From Lingula anatina (Eukaryota > Animalia > Brachiopoda): a stretch of DNA of 64,000 nucleotides. The stretch lies in assembly GCA_051362555.1 (NCBI GenBank), contig CM120642.1, positions 2,728,001 to 2,792,000 of the forward strand, written 5' to 3'. Under the pieces are notes generated by a model. The model ran no database searches. It saw nothing but the letters and a program-made list of their open reading frames with translations, and was not told the origin of the DNA. Shown here one piece after another: positions 37,201-48,136 of this stretch. Each line of letters starts with the position of its first letter. Within the stretch, counting starts at the first letter, position 1. Both the position numbers and the translations under genes were made by a program.

Positions 37201-39702
37201 ATTGAACTTGAATAGAAAGTCATATACTGGCAATCTAAATGTGACCTTAAAATTGACCTTTGACCTACTTTTCACCATAAACTGAACTTTGCAAATTTTT
37301 CTTCCCTTTTATCTCCAAAACTGGCAGAGATAGGTCCATAGTTACTATTGAACTTGAATAGGAAGTCATATACTGGCAATCTATATGTGACCTTAAAATT
37401 GACCTTTGACCTACTTTTCACCATGAACTGAACTTTGCAAAATTTGCTTCCCTTTTATCTCCAAAACTGGCTGAGATAGGTCCATAGTTAGTATTGAACT
37501 TGAATAGAAAGTCATATACTGGCAATCTAAATGTGACCTTGAAATTGACCTTTGACCTACTTTACACCATGAATTGAACTTTGCAAATTTTGCTTTCCTT
37601 TTATCTCCAAAACTGGCAGAGATAGGTCCATAGTTAGTATTGAACTTGAATAGAAAGTCATATACTGGCAATCTAAATGTGACCTTAAAATTGACCTTTG
37701 ACCTACTTTTCACCATGAACTGAACTTTGCAAAATTTGCTTCCTTTTTATCTCCAAAACTGGCTGAGATAGGTCCATAGTTAGTATTGAACTTGAATAGA
37801 AAGTCATATACTGGCAATCTAAATGTGACCTTGAAATTGACCTTTGACCTACTTTTCACCATGAATTGAACTTTGCAAAGTTTGCTTTCCTTTTATCTCC
37901 AAAACTGGCAGAGATAGGTCCATAGTTACTATTGAACTTGAATAGAAAGTCATATACTGGCAATCTATATGTGACCTTAAAATTGACCTTTGACCTACTT
38001 TACACCATGAACTGAATTTTGCAAATTTTGCTTTTCTTTTATCTCCAAAACTGGCTGAGATAGGTCGGTAGTTACTATTGAACTTGAATAGGAAGTCATA
38101 TACTGGCAATCTAAATGTGACCTTAAAATTGACCTTTGACCTACTTTACACCATGAACTGAATTTTGCAAATTTTGCTTTTCTTTTATCTCCAAAACTGG
38201 CTGAGATAGGTCGGTAGTTACTATTGAACTTGAATAGAAAGTCATATACTGGCAATCTAAATGTGACCTTGAAATTGACCTTTGACCTACTTTTCACCAT
38301 GAATTGAACTTTGCAAATTTTTCTTCCCTTTTATCTCCAAAACTGGCAGAGATAGGTCCGTAGTTACTATTGAACTTGAATAGGAAGTCATATACTGGCA
38401 ATCTAAATGTGACCTTAAAATTGACCTTTGACCTACTTTACACCATGAACTGAACTTTGCAAATTTTGCTTTCCTTTTATCTCCAAAACTGGCAGAGATA
38501 GGTCCGTAGTTACTATTGAACTTGAATAGGAAGTCATATACTGGCAATCTATATGTGACCTTAAAATTGACCTTTGACCTACTTTTCACCATGAACTGAA
38601 CTTTGCAAATTTTTCTTCCCTTTTATCTCCAAAACTGGCAAAGATAAGTCCATAGTTACTATTGAACTTGAATAGGAAGTCATATACTGGCAATCTAAAT
38701 GTGACATAAAAATTGACCTTTGACTTACTTTACACCATAAACTGAACTTTGCAAATTTTTCTTCCCTTTTATCTCCAAAACTGGCAGAGATAGGTCCATA
38801 GTTACTATTGAACTTGAATAGGAAGTCATATACTGGCAATCTAAATGTGACCTTAAAATTGACCTTTGACCTACTTTACACCATGAACTGAACTTTGCAA
38901 ATTTTGCTTTCCTTTTATCTCCAAAACTGGCAGAGATAGGTCCGTAGTTACTATTGAACTTGAATAGGAAGTCATATACTGGCAATTTACTGTGACCTTG
39001 AAATTGACCCTTGACCTATCTTACGAAGAACTTAAATTTGATTGTACCATATATATTTTTTGCAAAAGTTTAAAAATTCTTGTTGATTGCATTTTTACAG
39101 CTTGTCAAGCACAAAACTGGTGGCTGTGTCCCTTATTTTGTGTATGTGGGGGTCTATACGAATGCGCTTGCTCCAGCTGGTGGTACAATATTCGGAGGCG
39201 GTATCGCCTCTCTGATCCTCTAGTTTTAAGTTGATGTCAAATTATAAATCATTGAATCAACTATTCCTATTCAAAATCAAACATGCCATTCAGAATAACA
39301 GATAGCACCTATTAATAATAAAAACGATTCTGGTAAAAAAATAAATGACAAATTTATTTAACAAAATGAGTATAAATGAAATGCATGCACGGGTCTGTTT
39401 ATCACTATTATTTCTACTTTATAGGCTCAATATCAATGCAAGAATTTGAAGATGCCTGCGATATTTTGAGTCGGCACATTGGTCATGAAATTTCCAAGGA
39501 GCAAGTTGTGGACTTGGCGCGGTGCCTTGACATCAATAAAGATGGCCAGATTGATTTTAACGAGTTCCTTGAAGCATTCCGATTGGTCGACCAGAGACCT
39601 CGAACTGATGAGGAACTGGTATCGTTGTCCTTGACGTCGATGTCAGACAAGGAGGCAGATTTGCTCTCAAGGTCTTCGGGAAGTACAGTGAATATCATTT
39701 AA
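16109..39702 (+). CDS. PPEF: Serine/threonine protein phosphatase with EF-hands (PPEF/rdgC family)
   Basis: Exons 16109-16163 (MGCGPSKS, N-terminal MGC acylation motif), 18262-18389 (IQ motif [11 protein letters not shown]), 18666-18765, ca.20745/20751-20902, 21339-21500 (GDLHG), 21799-21965 (GDFVDRG, RGNHE), 22398-22584 (HGG), 23377-23478, 23965-24150 (DILWSDP, RSHE), 24633-24781 (FSASNY), 25296-25402, 26022-26188, 26584-26671 (EF loop DKDNSG), 39425-39702 ([13 protein letters not shown]). All phases are consistent. The ATG exon has an acceptor at 15976, so an upstream non-coding exon is likely. Confidence 0.95.
19114..19375 (+). mobile_element. Palindromic MITE family A, copy 1
   Basis: Begins GGGACCATTCCCAGACC; long internal inverted arms (GATCCATCTCCAAGGGGTTT...CTTAGATGTCTG vs the reverse complement). 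Homologous to 23050-23258, 49193-49405 and a fragment near 55345-55412. Confidence 0.75.
23050..23258 (-). mobile_element. Palindromic MITE family A, copy 2 (reverse orientation)
   Basis: Ends GGTCTGGGAATCGTCCC|TAA; same internal arms TTAAGCAGTTTAGATGTCTG / CAGACGTCTAAGCTGCTTAAG. Confidence 0.75.
25585..25765 (+). repeat. Interspersed repeat with internal ca. 31-bp tandem units (GGAGTCCCATAGAGTCTTGCAGGATTCTTAT x3)
   Basis: Tandem units at 25670-25760; shares TTGGTCCAAAATCCTA...CTAGATAGGAA...AATGGAA with 49533-49700. Confidence 0.6.
26716..39223 (+). mobile_element. Non-autonomous Helentron/HINE (DINE-1-like, Helitron2 group) element carrying a satellite array
   Basis: Perfect 15-bp inverted repeats TATTGTACCACCAGC (26716-26730) and GCTGGTGGTACAATA (39176-39190). 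5' hairpin GTACCACCAGCG-TTAG-CGCTGGCGGTAC (26720-26747). 3' hairpin GAGGCG-GTAT-CGCCTC (39195-39210) outside the right repeat, then CTAG (39220-39223) and TTTT. No TSD, no Rep/helicase ORF. Confidence 0.85.
27665..39020. repeat. 146-bp tandem repeat (satellite) array, ca. 78 monomers
   Basis: CTCCAAAACTGG recurs at 27677, 27823, ... with an exact 146-bp period; all repeated 101-aa ORFs in the track are offset by multiples of 146. Consensus is approximately TTTTATCTCCAAAACTGGCAGAGATAGGTCCATAGTTACTATTGAACTTGAATAGGAAGTCATATACTGGCAATCTAAATGTGACCTTAAAATTGACCTTTGACCTACTTTTCACCATGAACTGAACTTTGCAAATTTTGCTTTCC. Confidence 0.98.
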
Positions 39703-40271
39703 CATGTTTTTGGATGTATTATATTTTATGATAATCATGTCATAATAAATTTACATGTATTTTCTTTTAACATACTTTTCAATATTTTGAATCAAAGAAT
39801 GATTTGTTATTAAGTTATCACCAGGAGATGTGGAAAACTGGTTATAGACTGCGAAATCATTGCTGCAATTTTAAGTATAAAAAGTAGCAAGTGCATGCAT
39901 GGGAACGTAAACTGACTTTATCTTTCTCTTTAATGGAAAAAAGTGCCATTTTATTAAGCCCTAGGAGCTGATGTAAAAAAATCAACGAAAGTGACTTATT
40001 AATTTTAGACATTTTGTATGATAGGGGCCTAAAAGAAACTTCAGAGGTAACATTCGTTTTTCAGCACAAGTATTTTTTAGTCACAGCTGTTTTTATTTTA
40101 AATTTTTCTGCATTAATAAGGATAATATTATCTGTGAAAAGGGATGAGATTATTTTATTGAAGATTGATTTATGTTATCATATGTGTAGTATGAAAGGTT
40201 TAATTTTTTCAGTCTTATGTAGGTTCAACATTCAGCACAGATGTTCATGTGGAAATGCCTTTTAAGTATAT

Positions 40272-40275
<4 letters not shown>

Positions 40276-40331
<56 letters not shown>
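40276..40331. repeat. (TA)n microsatellite; others at 44828-44896 and 49558-49615, (CT)n 41881-41939 and 4398-4452, (CA/TG)n 5238-5268, 18143-18172, 20566-20602
   Basis: Directly visible simple repeats. Confidence 0.95.
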
Positions 40332-40334
<3 letters not shown>

Positions 40335-40776
40335 ATAAGGAGGGTGTTTTGTGGAGTTTTAACTCCACATTAAATTGTTATGATGGTTGGTAAATACTGA
40401 GAAAGGATTTATTACATTTTTTTATTTTATATATCAATTGTCTTCTATTGTCATGTCTAAATCGGTTTTAGTCAGACAGTCATTAACTTACAATTCTGTG
40501 TCTTCTTAAAATTTATATCGTTAGCAAATGAGAATTAAATAAAAAAAAAAACAAAGAAGCCTTGACAATCACTTTTAACTGTACATTTGTATTTTTCTGA
40601 CTTTTATTCATGTTTCATAAATGATGCATAGTTCATACAAATTCAGTTATGTATTAGCAGAGAAATAGTTAAATATTTAAGAAATATTTATTTACACCAT
40701 GTCAATGTTACGATGGACAATCAATTAAAATAAAACCACAATGTTACAAATGGACATGTTTTTTGATTTTAAGTAA

Positions 40777-41876
40777 TTAGAACAGGTCAACGCAGCCCAG
40801 TAGTAAGGTCATGACAGCGCACATCGTGCCTAGACTAGAAATATTGATGGTTCCACTGCTCTTACCAGAGTGTTCTTTAGGCAGGTAAAAATGCTTCTCA
40901 AGGTTCTTCTCGTCAGCGCCATTGTTCTTCTGGCCGGAACTTGGTGTCGTCGTGATTGGAGCGTTGCTGGGGCTGTTGGCACCACTGGGATTCCACTGGT
41001 TGTTAGGAAAGATGGGAGCGTTCATTAATGGTATACCTGCCTGGCGGTTCATCAGTGGTGGTATAGCAGCGAGGCCGTTAAGTGGTTGTGTACCGGCGTT
41101 CATTGAGGGCTGCAGGCCAGGATTGCCTGGAGTTCTGTTACCAGGGCCTCCCACTGGGGTGAACTGAATTGGTATATTTCTCGTTCTGGAGACCCTCGCT
41201 AGCGCTTCAGTTCCTATACCATTGCAGCCATTTCTATTACACGTGCAAGCGAGATTCTCTATTCTTACGTCTTCGAAGCCTGACCGCTGCATCAGCTGTG
41301 ATGGATGTCCATCTTTGCCTTGTGGAGCTCCATTGACACACTCGCTGGCGGTTCTGAGGGGAATGCAAGTTCTTTCTATTGTTTTGATGTTGATAAAGCG
41401 TCCGTCTTTCTGGAAAATTATGAAATAAGTTTATTAATTTATTTATTTATTCATTTATTTATTTATTTATTGTACATTAATTGTAAGCAGTTGTCTGTAG
41501 TGATAGCTGTGCGGAGTATGGCTAACAGAAATTAACCCTTAATTCTATACGTTTTATACCTAAGTTCCTATCATCAACATGTTATATTTGCGATCAAATT
41601 ATCGACGGTGGATATCAAGATTGTTTTTACCAGCTTACCGAGGACATATGAATCGTAGAATTGGTGATGCCACAAGAACCGCGGCAACTAACAGAAGGAA
41701 TCGCGGGAACTGGCTGGGCGTCCTTGCAGGAAGTCTGGATCTGGGTGTTGTGGCCAGCGTTCAGCAGCTGTTCCATTGAACTGTCACTACTGCGGTACTG
41801 CCTCCACTGGCACTTGTAACACTGTGTGACGGGGACTGAAAATTGATGACAATTCAGAAAGATGCAAACCCTCTAC

Positions 41877-41943
<67 letters not shown>

Positions 41944-44131
41944 CTCACCTGGGGCCATTACAGGAAGATTCCTGGTGTTTTTATTGCACCCGTCGGTATT
42001 ACACAGACAATGGCGACCGTGGACACTGGTGAAACGATTAATTGACCCGAATATGTCTTTGAGGTAACTTTTGATCTTTGTATCGTCTGCCATGCTCAGT
42101 GTTTGACAACCGATATCGAGACTCCGTAAAGCGTTGCACCGGCGCAAGTGAAGTGTAAGTGTTATTGGTCGCCCTCCCTGAAAAGAAAAAGTGAATAGTA
42201 AATTAATATAATTAATATTCAAATATTTCATTTCCGTCAAATCTGCCATTGGTTATTTGTTATTTAATTAATTAATTTTAATTGATTATTTTTTTATTAT
42301 ATTTATTCGTAATATTAATTGGTTGCTAATTATCACGTATACGTTTATTGATTGCGTCTCTTGCGTAACGGAATAATTGACTTAGTTTTAAAGTAACTGA
42401 TCATGAGAGGAGCGGATGCAATAAAAAGTGGTCTGGTTTAGACAAATGGGAAATTCATATCTTTCCTTTGCCTTGTCATTTGTATTCATCGCGTTGTGTA
42501 GCCTATTGTGTGTAAGAATGGAAATGTTATAAAAAAACTGATTCTTTTACCCAATTACTCAAACCATTGATACCCACATTATCCATAGTCCCGACATTAG
42601 AGGTCACATGCTCACATGAGCCCGGACACTGTATTTCACTGATATCTGCCGCACGGTCGTCTGCGCACTTGGAGTTGAAGACGCGGCTGAAGGCAGACGC
42701 CATGGCGTTCTGCATCTCGGTATTGTTGGACGTGAGCAGGAGACAAGAACCGCAACGAATGCTTCGGCCTAAAGTTTTAAAAATGTGAATAAACCTTTTA
42801 AAAAGAAGTTACCAGACTCTTGCAATGTTTTACAACAAGAGTGAGGAAGAGAGCAAGTTTCATGTAGCTGGGACCTTACAAGACCTGCTATGGAAATTAT
42901 CTCGGTTTGCAAATTGTTGGAAGATTAAACGTACGACCTGTTGCCCTGCTTAACTGCGCCGCTGGTAAAAAAATACAACTGTTTGCACTTTGTGTTAAAG
43001 AAAAATTGACTTAAAGCTTAAACATAGAGAAATCCGGCGAAACGTTGAATGAATGCTTGCCTTAAGTAGCCAATCTATCTTTAATTATGAACAGTAATTA
43101 CTGTTTTAACAGTAAAATTAAAATGTATTAGAGAGCCCTGTAGGGGAATTGGAGGGAGGGGGTCGAAATAAACTTCCTTTTGGCTGGAAAAGGTCAACTC
43201 TCAATCAAAATTTAATGCCACTTTTATCATAAAAGGGTAATAAGGTCCATTTGTCCAGAAAAAAACCTTATATGATATTGCTGGCCTGCTAGAACACATA
43301 AAAAAGAAAGCATTGCTTTTAGTGAGCATATATTAGCACTTTAAATACCATGCATACCGGCACCATTTAGTTAGGAAAGAAAACGAATACTGTAATTTCT
43401 GTCACATGAAGAAAAAGTACATGATCATTACGTGGGTTGCACCACTCTCGCCTCGCACTACCACTGCCCGTAATGACCACATTGCGGTATATTTCACACC
43501 AAACACTAGAATTTGTACTTAGATGGAAAGATATACAGCCCCCAAATAGCACTTACGAATATTGAAATGCGTGACACTGGCTATTAACGAACCGTGGGTT
43601 GCAACTTTCTTCTTCAATTTGGTTTCGAAATGGGAAGGATCTCTATATGCCGTGGATACATTTTGTTGTTAATACTTCCTAAATTATCAAGTATTGGCAG
43701 AAAATTTTGTCTTACAAAGTATGACCAACTAAAAAAATTAAAGATAAAAAGTTTTTTGCTGCACGTGCGTTACAACACAGCCCAAGTTTATGTGGAACAA
43801 ACGTATGCTTAAATTGACAAATAGTATTTGCACGGTTAAAAAACTAAATTACATAGAAAATCCAAGCAGAGACAAAATAAAGGCGAAAGAAAACATAAAG
43901 GCTAAATAGTTTAATATTTTAATCTTTCTAACTGCTTATATTATCACATTCAATGCGTCAACAAAATTCATTCATTTTCGTGAGATTTTGATGACACCAT
44001 ACTTTTATTTTGTTGTTATTCTATATAATTAATATTTTTCAACAAAAGTTGCCAGTAATCAGATGGCTAACTGTTACACACAAAAATACTGATGTAACTA
44101 TCAAAAAGAGATGAATCGATGATCAGTCAAA

Positions 44132-44162
<31 letters not shown>

Positions 44163-44293
44163 ATTCTAAGTCAAAATAAGCTTCCAAGTTACATGATCTA
44201 AAGAAAAGAACACAAAAAACTTCATATATATACATGCTTACCTTCTTGTGCCAAACAGAGGAGCAAAAAAGACAAAATTTGGAACCAAGCCAT
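40777..44293 (-). CDS. Secreted, probably GPI-anchored protein with two Cys-rich three-finger (Ly6/uPAR/quiver-like) domains and a Pro/Asn/Gly-rich stalk, ca. 442 aa
   Basis: Exons 44293-44242 (MAWFQILSFLLLCLAQEG signal peptide), 42768-42551 (RSIRCGSC...C...CPGSC), 42177-41949 (RRC...GC...CLCNTDGCN), 41835-41639 (TQCYKC...SC...CRGSC), 41409-40777 (ERTC...EC...CTCNRNGCN, low-complexity stalk, hydrophobic C-tail SSGTINISSLGTMCAVMTLLLGCVDLF). Phases 1,0,1,0 are consistent. Confidence 0.8.
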
Positions 44294-44824
44294 TCTGTGT
44301 AAACAAGACGACAATGATGCATATACCAATACGCCCCAAAGACACTTTTGTACAAAACTGCATTTCTTTGAAAGGAGAGGTTTTATTTATATAACATGAT
44401 ATGACATTAGGGTGACCAATTGCAGCACTCACACTACATACGACATATTATTATTCACGTGATATCCATTTAATCGTAAGAACATGTAATTTGCTGATTT
44501 TCAGACAGATATATGCATGTACTGTTGGGATTACGCTCTGCGTTTTTTTCCTTTAATGATAGGAAACACGACGTGCTGAATTAGCCAAAATATATGTACG
44601 CAAGTACATGCGCCCATCAAGAGAACGGAAAACGAATTTTAAACAAAAGCTATTTGTATACACAATAAGCATCATTTGGTATCGTTTCTCCCTTAATTCT
44701 AAACAAAACTAGACTACAAAACTTAAATTCAATATTTTTATTAGTGTGGTTGACTCTAGAATAAACAATAGAATAATATTAATTTCATTATACTTATCAA
44801 ATTTCCCCTTTGACTATAAGGGTA

Positions 44825-44897
<73 letters not shown>

Positions 44898-45356
44898 TGT
44901 AAATGAGTGAATCGGCGCCGTTCAGGTTAACAAAAGAGAGTCGTCGGAGCACAAACTCTGTGCCTTGGGTATTTATTGTCGGATTTCTCCTGGTGTCAAG
45001 GAATGACTTAGCCCGTATGCCACAAGTTTAAAGAGGTTCCACCAGTCCATTCTGGACACTTCTTTGGTAATTTATAGACGATATGTGGCATTTCTCTACA
45101 TACCGGATACTCGTGGTGACTACTTATTTTGTGCAGTAATGGTACCCAGTATGTAAACCGTCAGCTCTTTATGTTATCTCACCAGTGTGAATATCGGGTG
45201 GTCTCAAGAGGGGAATTGCTTTGAGATCTGCAGGCTAAAACAAAATCTGGCCGACAGGTTTTCCAGATAAACAACTACAAAATTACGACACTCACAAATT
45301 AAATTCGATGGTGGCGGAACTGCGACATTATGAATAGCTCATGCTATTCTACAATC

Positions 45357-45630
45357 CAGGGCGGATCCAGGATTATTTGAAAGGGGATCCGTATTTTAGA
45401 AATGACAGGCCTCGGATGCGAAGCCGACCCTCCCCCCCCCCCCCCCCCCCCCCCCCTGGTGTGGGGTTCGGGGCCCGCTGATGGGCCTTGAAAAATAGGT
45501 GTATTGTTGGGTGGACGGTGCCCTTTGGTATGGTTTAGAACTACGATCCAGCTAGTCAAAATTCTAATCTCAAGAAGGGACTATTGGTGTGAGACCCCCC
45601 TGAAACACCCACCCCCTAAACCCGCCACTG
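45357..45630. mobile_element. hAT-like MITE with CAG...CTG termini and a 7-bp target duplication
   Basis: TACAATC|CAGGGCGGATCCAGG ... AAACCCGCCACTG|TACAATC (TSD 45350-45356 and 45631-45637); internal poly-C tract. Confidence 0.75.
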
Positions 45631-48136
45631 TACAATCGCCATAGGGAGCTTCCACTTTTGTCCAGATGACGCCAATCCAGGTGCAGAAAGTGTCTTGGGG
45701 TAGCTGAAGTGAATACTATTTATGGTAACCTGTTCAGACGCTGCAGAAAGTAATTGTGGAGGTACAGGTCGGTTTATTGACCAGCGTTCATATCATGTTC
45801 TGTTTGTCGATGAAATGACAATACTGGTTATGACCACAAGAGATTTTGATAGACATGTTCGAGGAAGGGATGGGCACAGACGGCTGTTGCAACTGTTATA
45901 CTTCAAAAGTATTTTATTGTACGTAATTAAGAAGATAGTATTATACTGTTGAAATGACCGTCAAGGAGAAGCGCAAAACAAGTCTGTCGAGTAATATACA
46001 GCCGTGAAATTCCAAAAACAGTGAGCGGTTTGTGCAGACAGTAATTTCGCATGTATAAATCAGATTCTCTCCTCAAGATGGTAGCAATCATTAAGGGTAA
46101 TGAAGTGAACTGACCACGAATCCGGTTTGTTAATGGGACTCGCAGTAAGTATGAGAAAAACTGTGTAAATCTTTGCTCATGATATTCATCGACGTTTAAG
46201 AGGACAGGAATTACTTTTGTTTGATTGCATTTAATTAGATGAACAGATGGCTTTTGCTCCGTGGTCATTTTCACTGAGTGATCTCTTAAAGAAAATGCAG
46301 TGTTCTTATGCAAGAAGAGATACGGGATGATGCCCGCTGTTTCACTTTCCTGTTACAACGGATTATCGCGTTAGGTCCATGGAACCAATTTCTTTAAAAC
46401 AACGCTTCCAGATGTGTGCCATTCATTGATTTCTTAAAACAGCATCCATAACCAGGATTGACGTGTCTGCTTTATATTGGAATACCTGTCCATTTATTTC
46501 TTGAAAGAAGAGGAGAAATTCAGTGTTGATTAAGCCTATCATGGCTCGCTTTCTTGTCATCGTTGTCGTGGAACTGTAAAGACATTTTAGGATCGCCAAG
46601 AACTAAGTTTCTTTCTCAGATCCAACATTCTCGGTATCAACTGTATGGCAAGTCACAATGCAATGGAAATGGAAAACATTTCTCCAACCCATCAGAGCAG
46701 GATTTCTTCATATAACGGGACTGAATAGGTATCATTGAGACAGAATATAAAAATTTCTTTCTCTAGGAAAAGGACATACTAACGAAGTGTTGGATGCATA
46801 GAAGGGGACATTTGAGTGCCATATTTGCCTCTAGGTTCAGAGGTGGGATAATTTGATGTCAAACATCGTGTAAATCCATACTTCATTTGTTATTACGCGA
46901 AGCTCACACGGTTTTTGTAGAAAGCACGTGCTTTCAGTTGACCCTGAGAGTGTTGAAGTCGGGGCAGGCTAATAGTTTTGAGTTACGTTCTAGAAATGTT
47001 ACATCTTAACACAAGCACTGTGCCAAAACAAACACACTCTGTACTGGTTTTTGCTCTTTGAACAAACTGAACTATTTTGAATGACATACGCATAGTCGTC
47101 TACTTTGAAGAATCCAGGAGGGCAAGTGTATGGCGATCATGTTCATTACGACAATGAACAGATAAGAAAGTATGCTATGTGGAAAAAATTAAGAAAGGCC
47201 CTTTTTGAGGAGCTTTAGAGTGAAAACAGCAGCAGGAACTGAACGACTTGCAAAACGAGAGCGCAAGGTTTAATTACGTTTTGTAACAATTCGACTTGAA
47301 AAGAGATCCAATGTAGCTATATACACTAGTATATAAGTAGGCAAGCTGGTGTGACCGGCACCAAGGACTTTGAAACGTTGAAGTTGGTTTATATAAGGTG
47401 AAGTTACTTAACCATTTCAGTCTAAATAGTTAATAGCGTAATATCTAACCGGCAAGTGCCCTTCTCCACAACCATCTGTCGTAACAACACCGGGAATAGA
47501 TGCGAGTCATCATTGAATCTGTTCAAAACAATTGGTTTCATTCTTGAATTCTTGCATAATCAGACTGATTGATTCCAAGCCAATCTGGCAGCGGTCATAT
47601 GGCCAGAGGTTTGATCAAATTGGCCAGGACTGACCGCGCGGTGCTTGAGGTGCAGAGAGTGCATCTGGTAACTGCTGTCCTTCTCGGTTTGATTTAAATA
47701 ACTGAATTGCGGTTGTAATCAGGTTTTCACACACAGGCACATTGCAAACATTTCACGTCGAAGCAGCAATTGCTGAAACGTCCCTCAGTGAGTAGTTTCT
47801 AAATGTAGAAATGCGGGTGTCAGACGTGCACGCATAGTCGTGATCTTGATTTTAAATTACGTATATTTTATGTTATACAATTTACAAGCTTAAATCAGAT
47901 ATGGATTCATGAACAACATGAGGAAGTGTTGTCAAAATATCACCTTGCCGATGTAATTTTAGTTAATATATTGAAACTGGTGTATGTTAACATTTTACAT
48001 GATCGGTCGATTGTACCGGCGGTATATAGACTAAGTTTCAATTATTAAGGTGCGATTGCTTTACCATTACGCACCTGTCCTGTAGTAGATATTGTAGGTC
48101 GAAGCATTTTGTGAACTGGGCATTTTGTTATGAATC

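Noticed and set aside
28797-38985. Seventeen near-identical 86-101 aa minus-strand ORFs ([16 protein letters not shown]...) as a tandem gene family
   Set aside because: They arise from reading through two consecutive 146-bp monomers in shifting frames; presence depends on one TAG/other variant; no known domain, promoter or splice structure.
27665-39020. CRISPR-like array
   Set aside because: No unique spacers; whole monomers are repeated; eukaryotic intron context; no cas genes.
26716-39190. Cut-and-paste TIR transposon (MITE) interpretation of the large insertion
   Set aside because: The right inverted repeat is subterminal, followed by a hairpin and CTAG, and there is no TSD; this fits Helentron/HINE better.
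42813-42863. MKLALFLTLVVKHCKSL as the signal-peptide exon of the three-finger gene
   Set aside because: It would need a 44-nt intron and is out of phase with the next exon; the exon at 44293-44242 is in phase and a better signal peptide.
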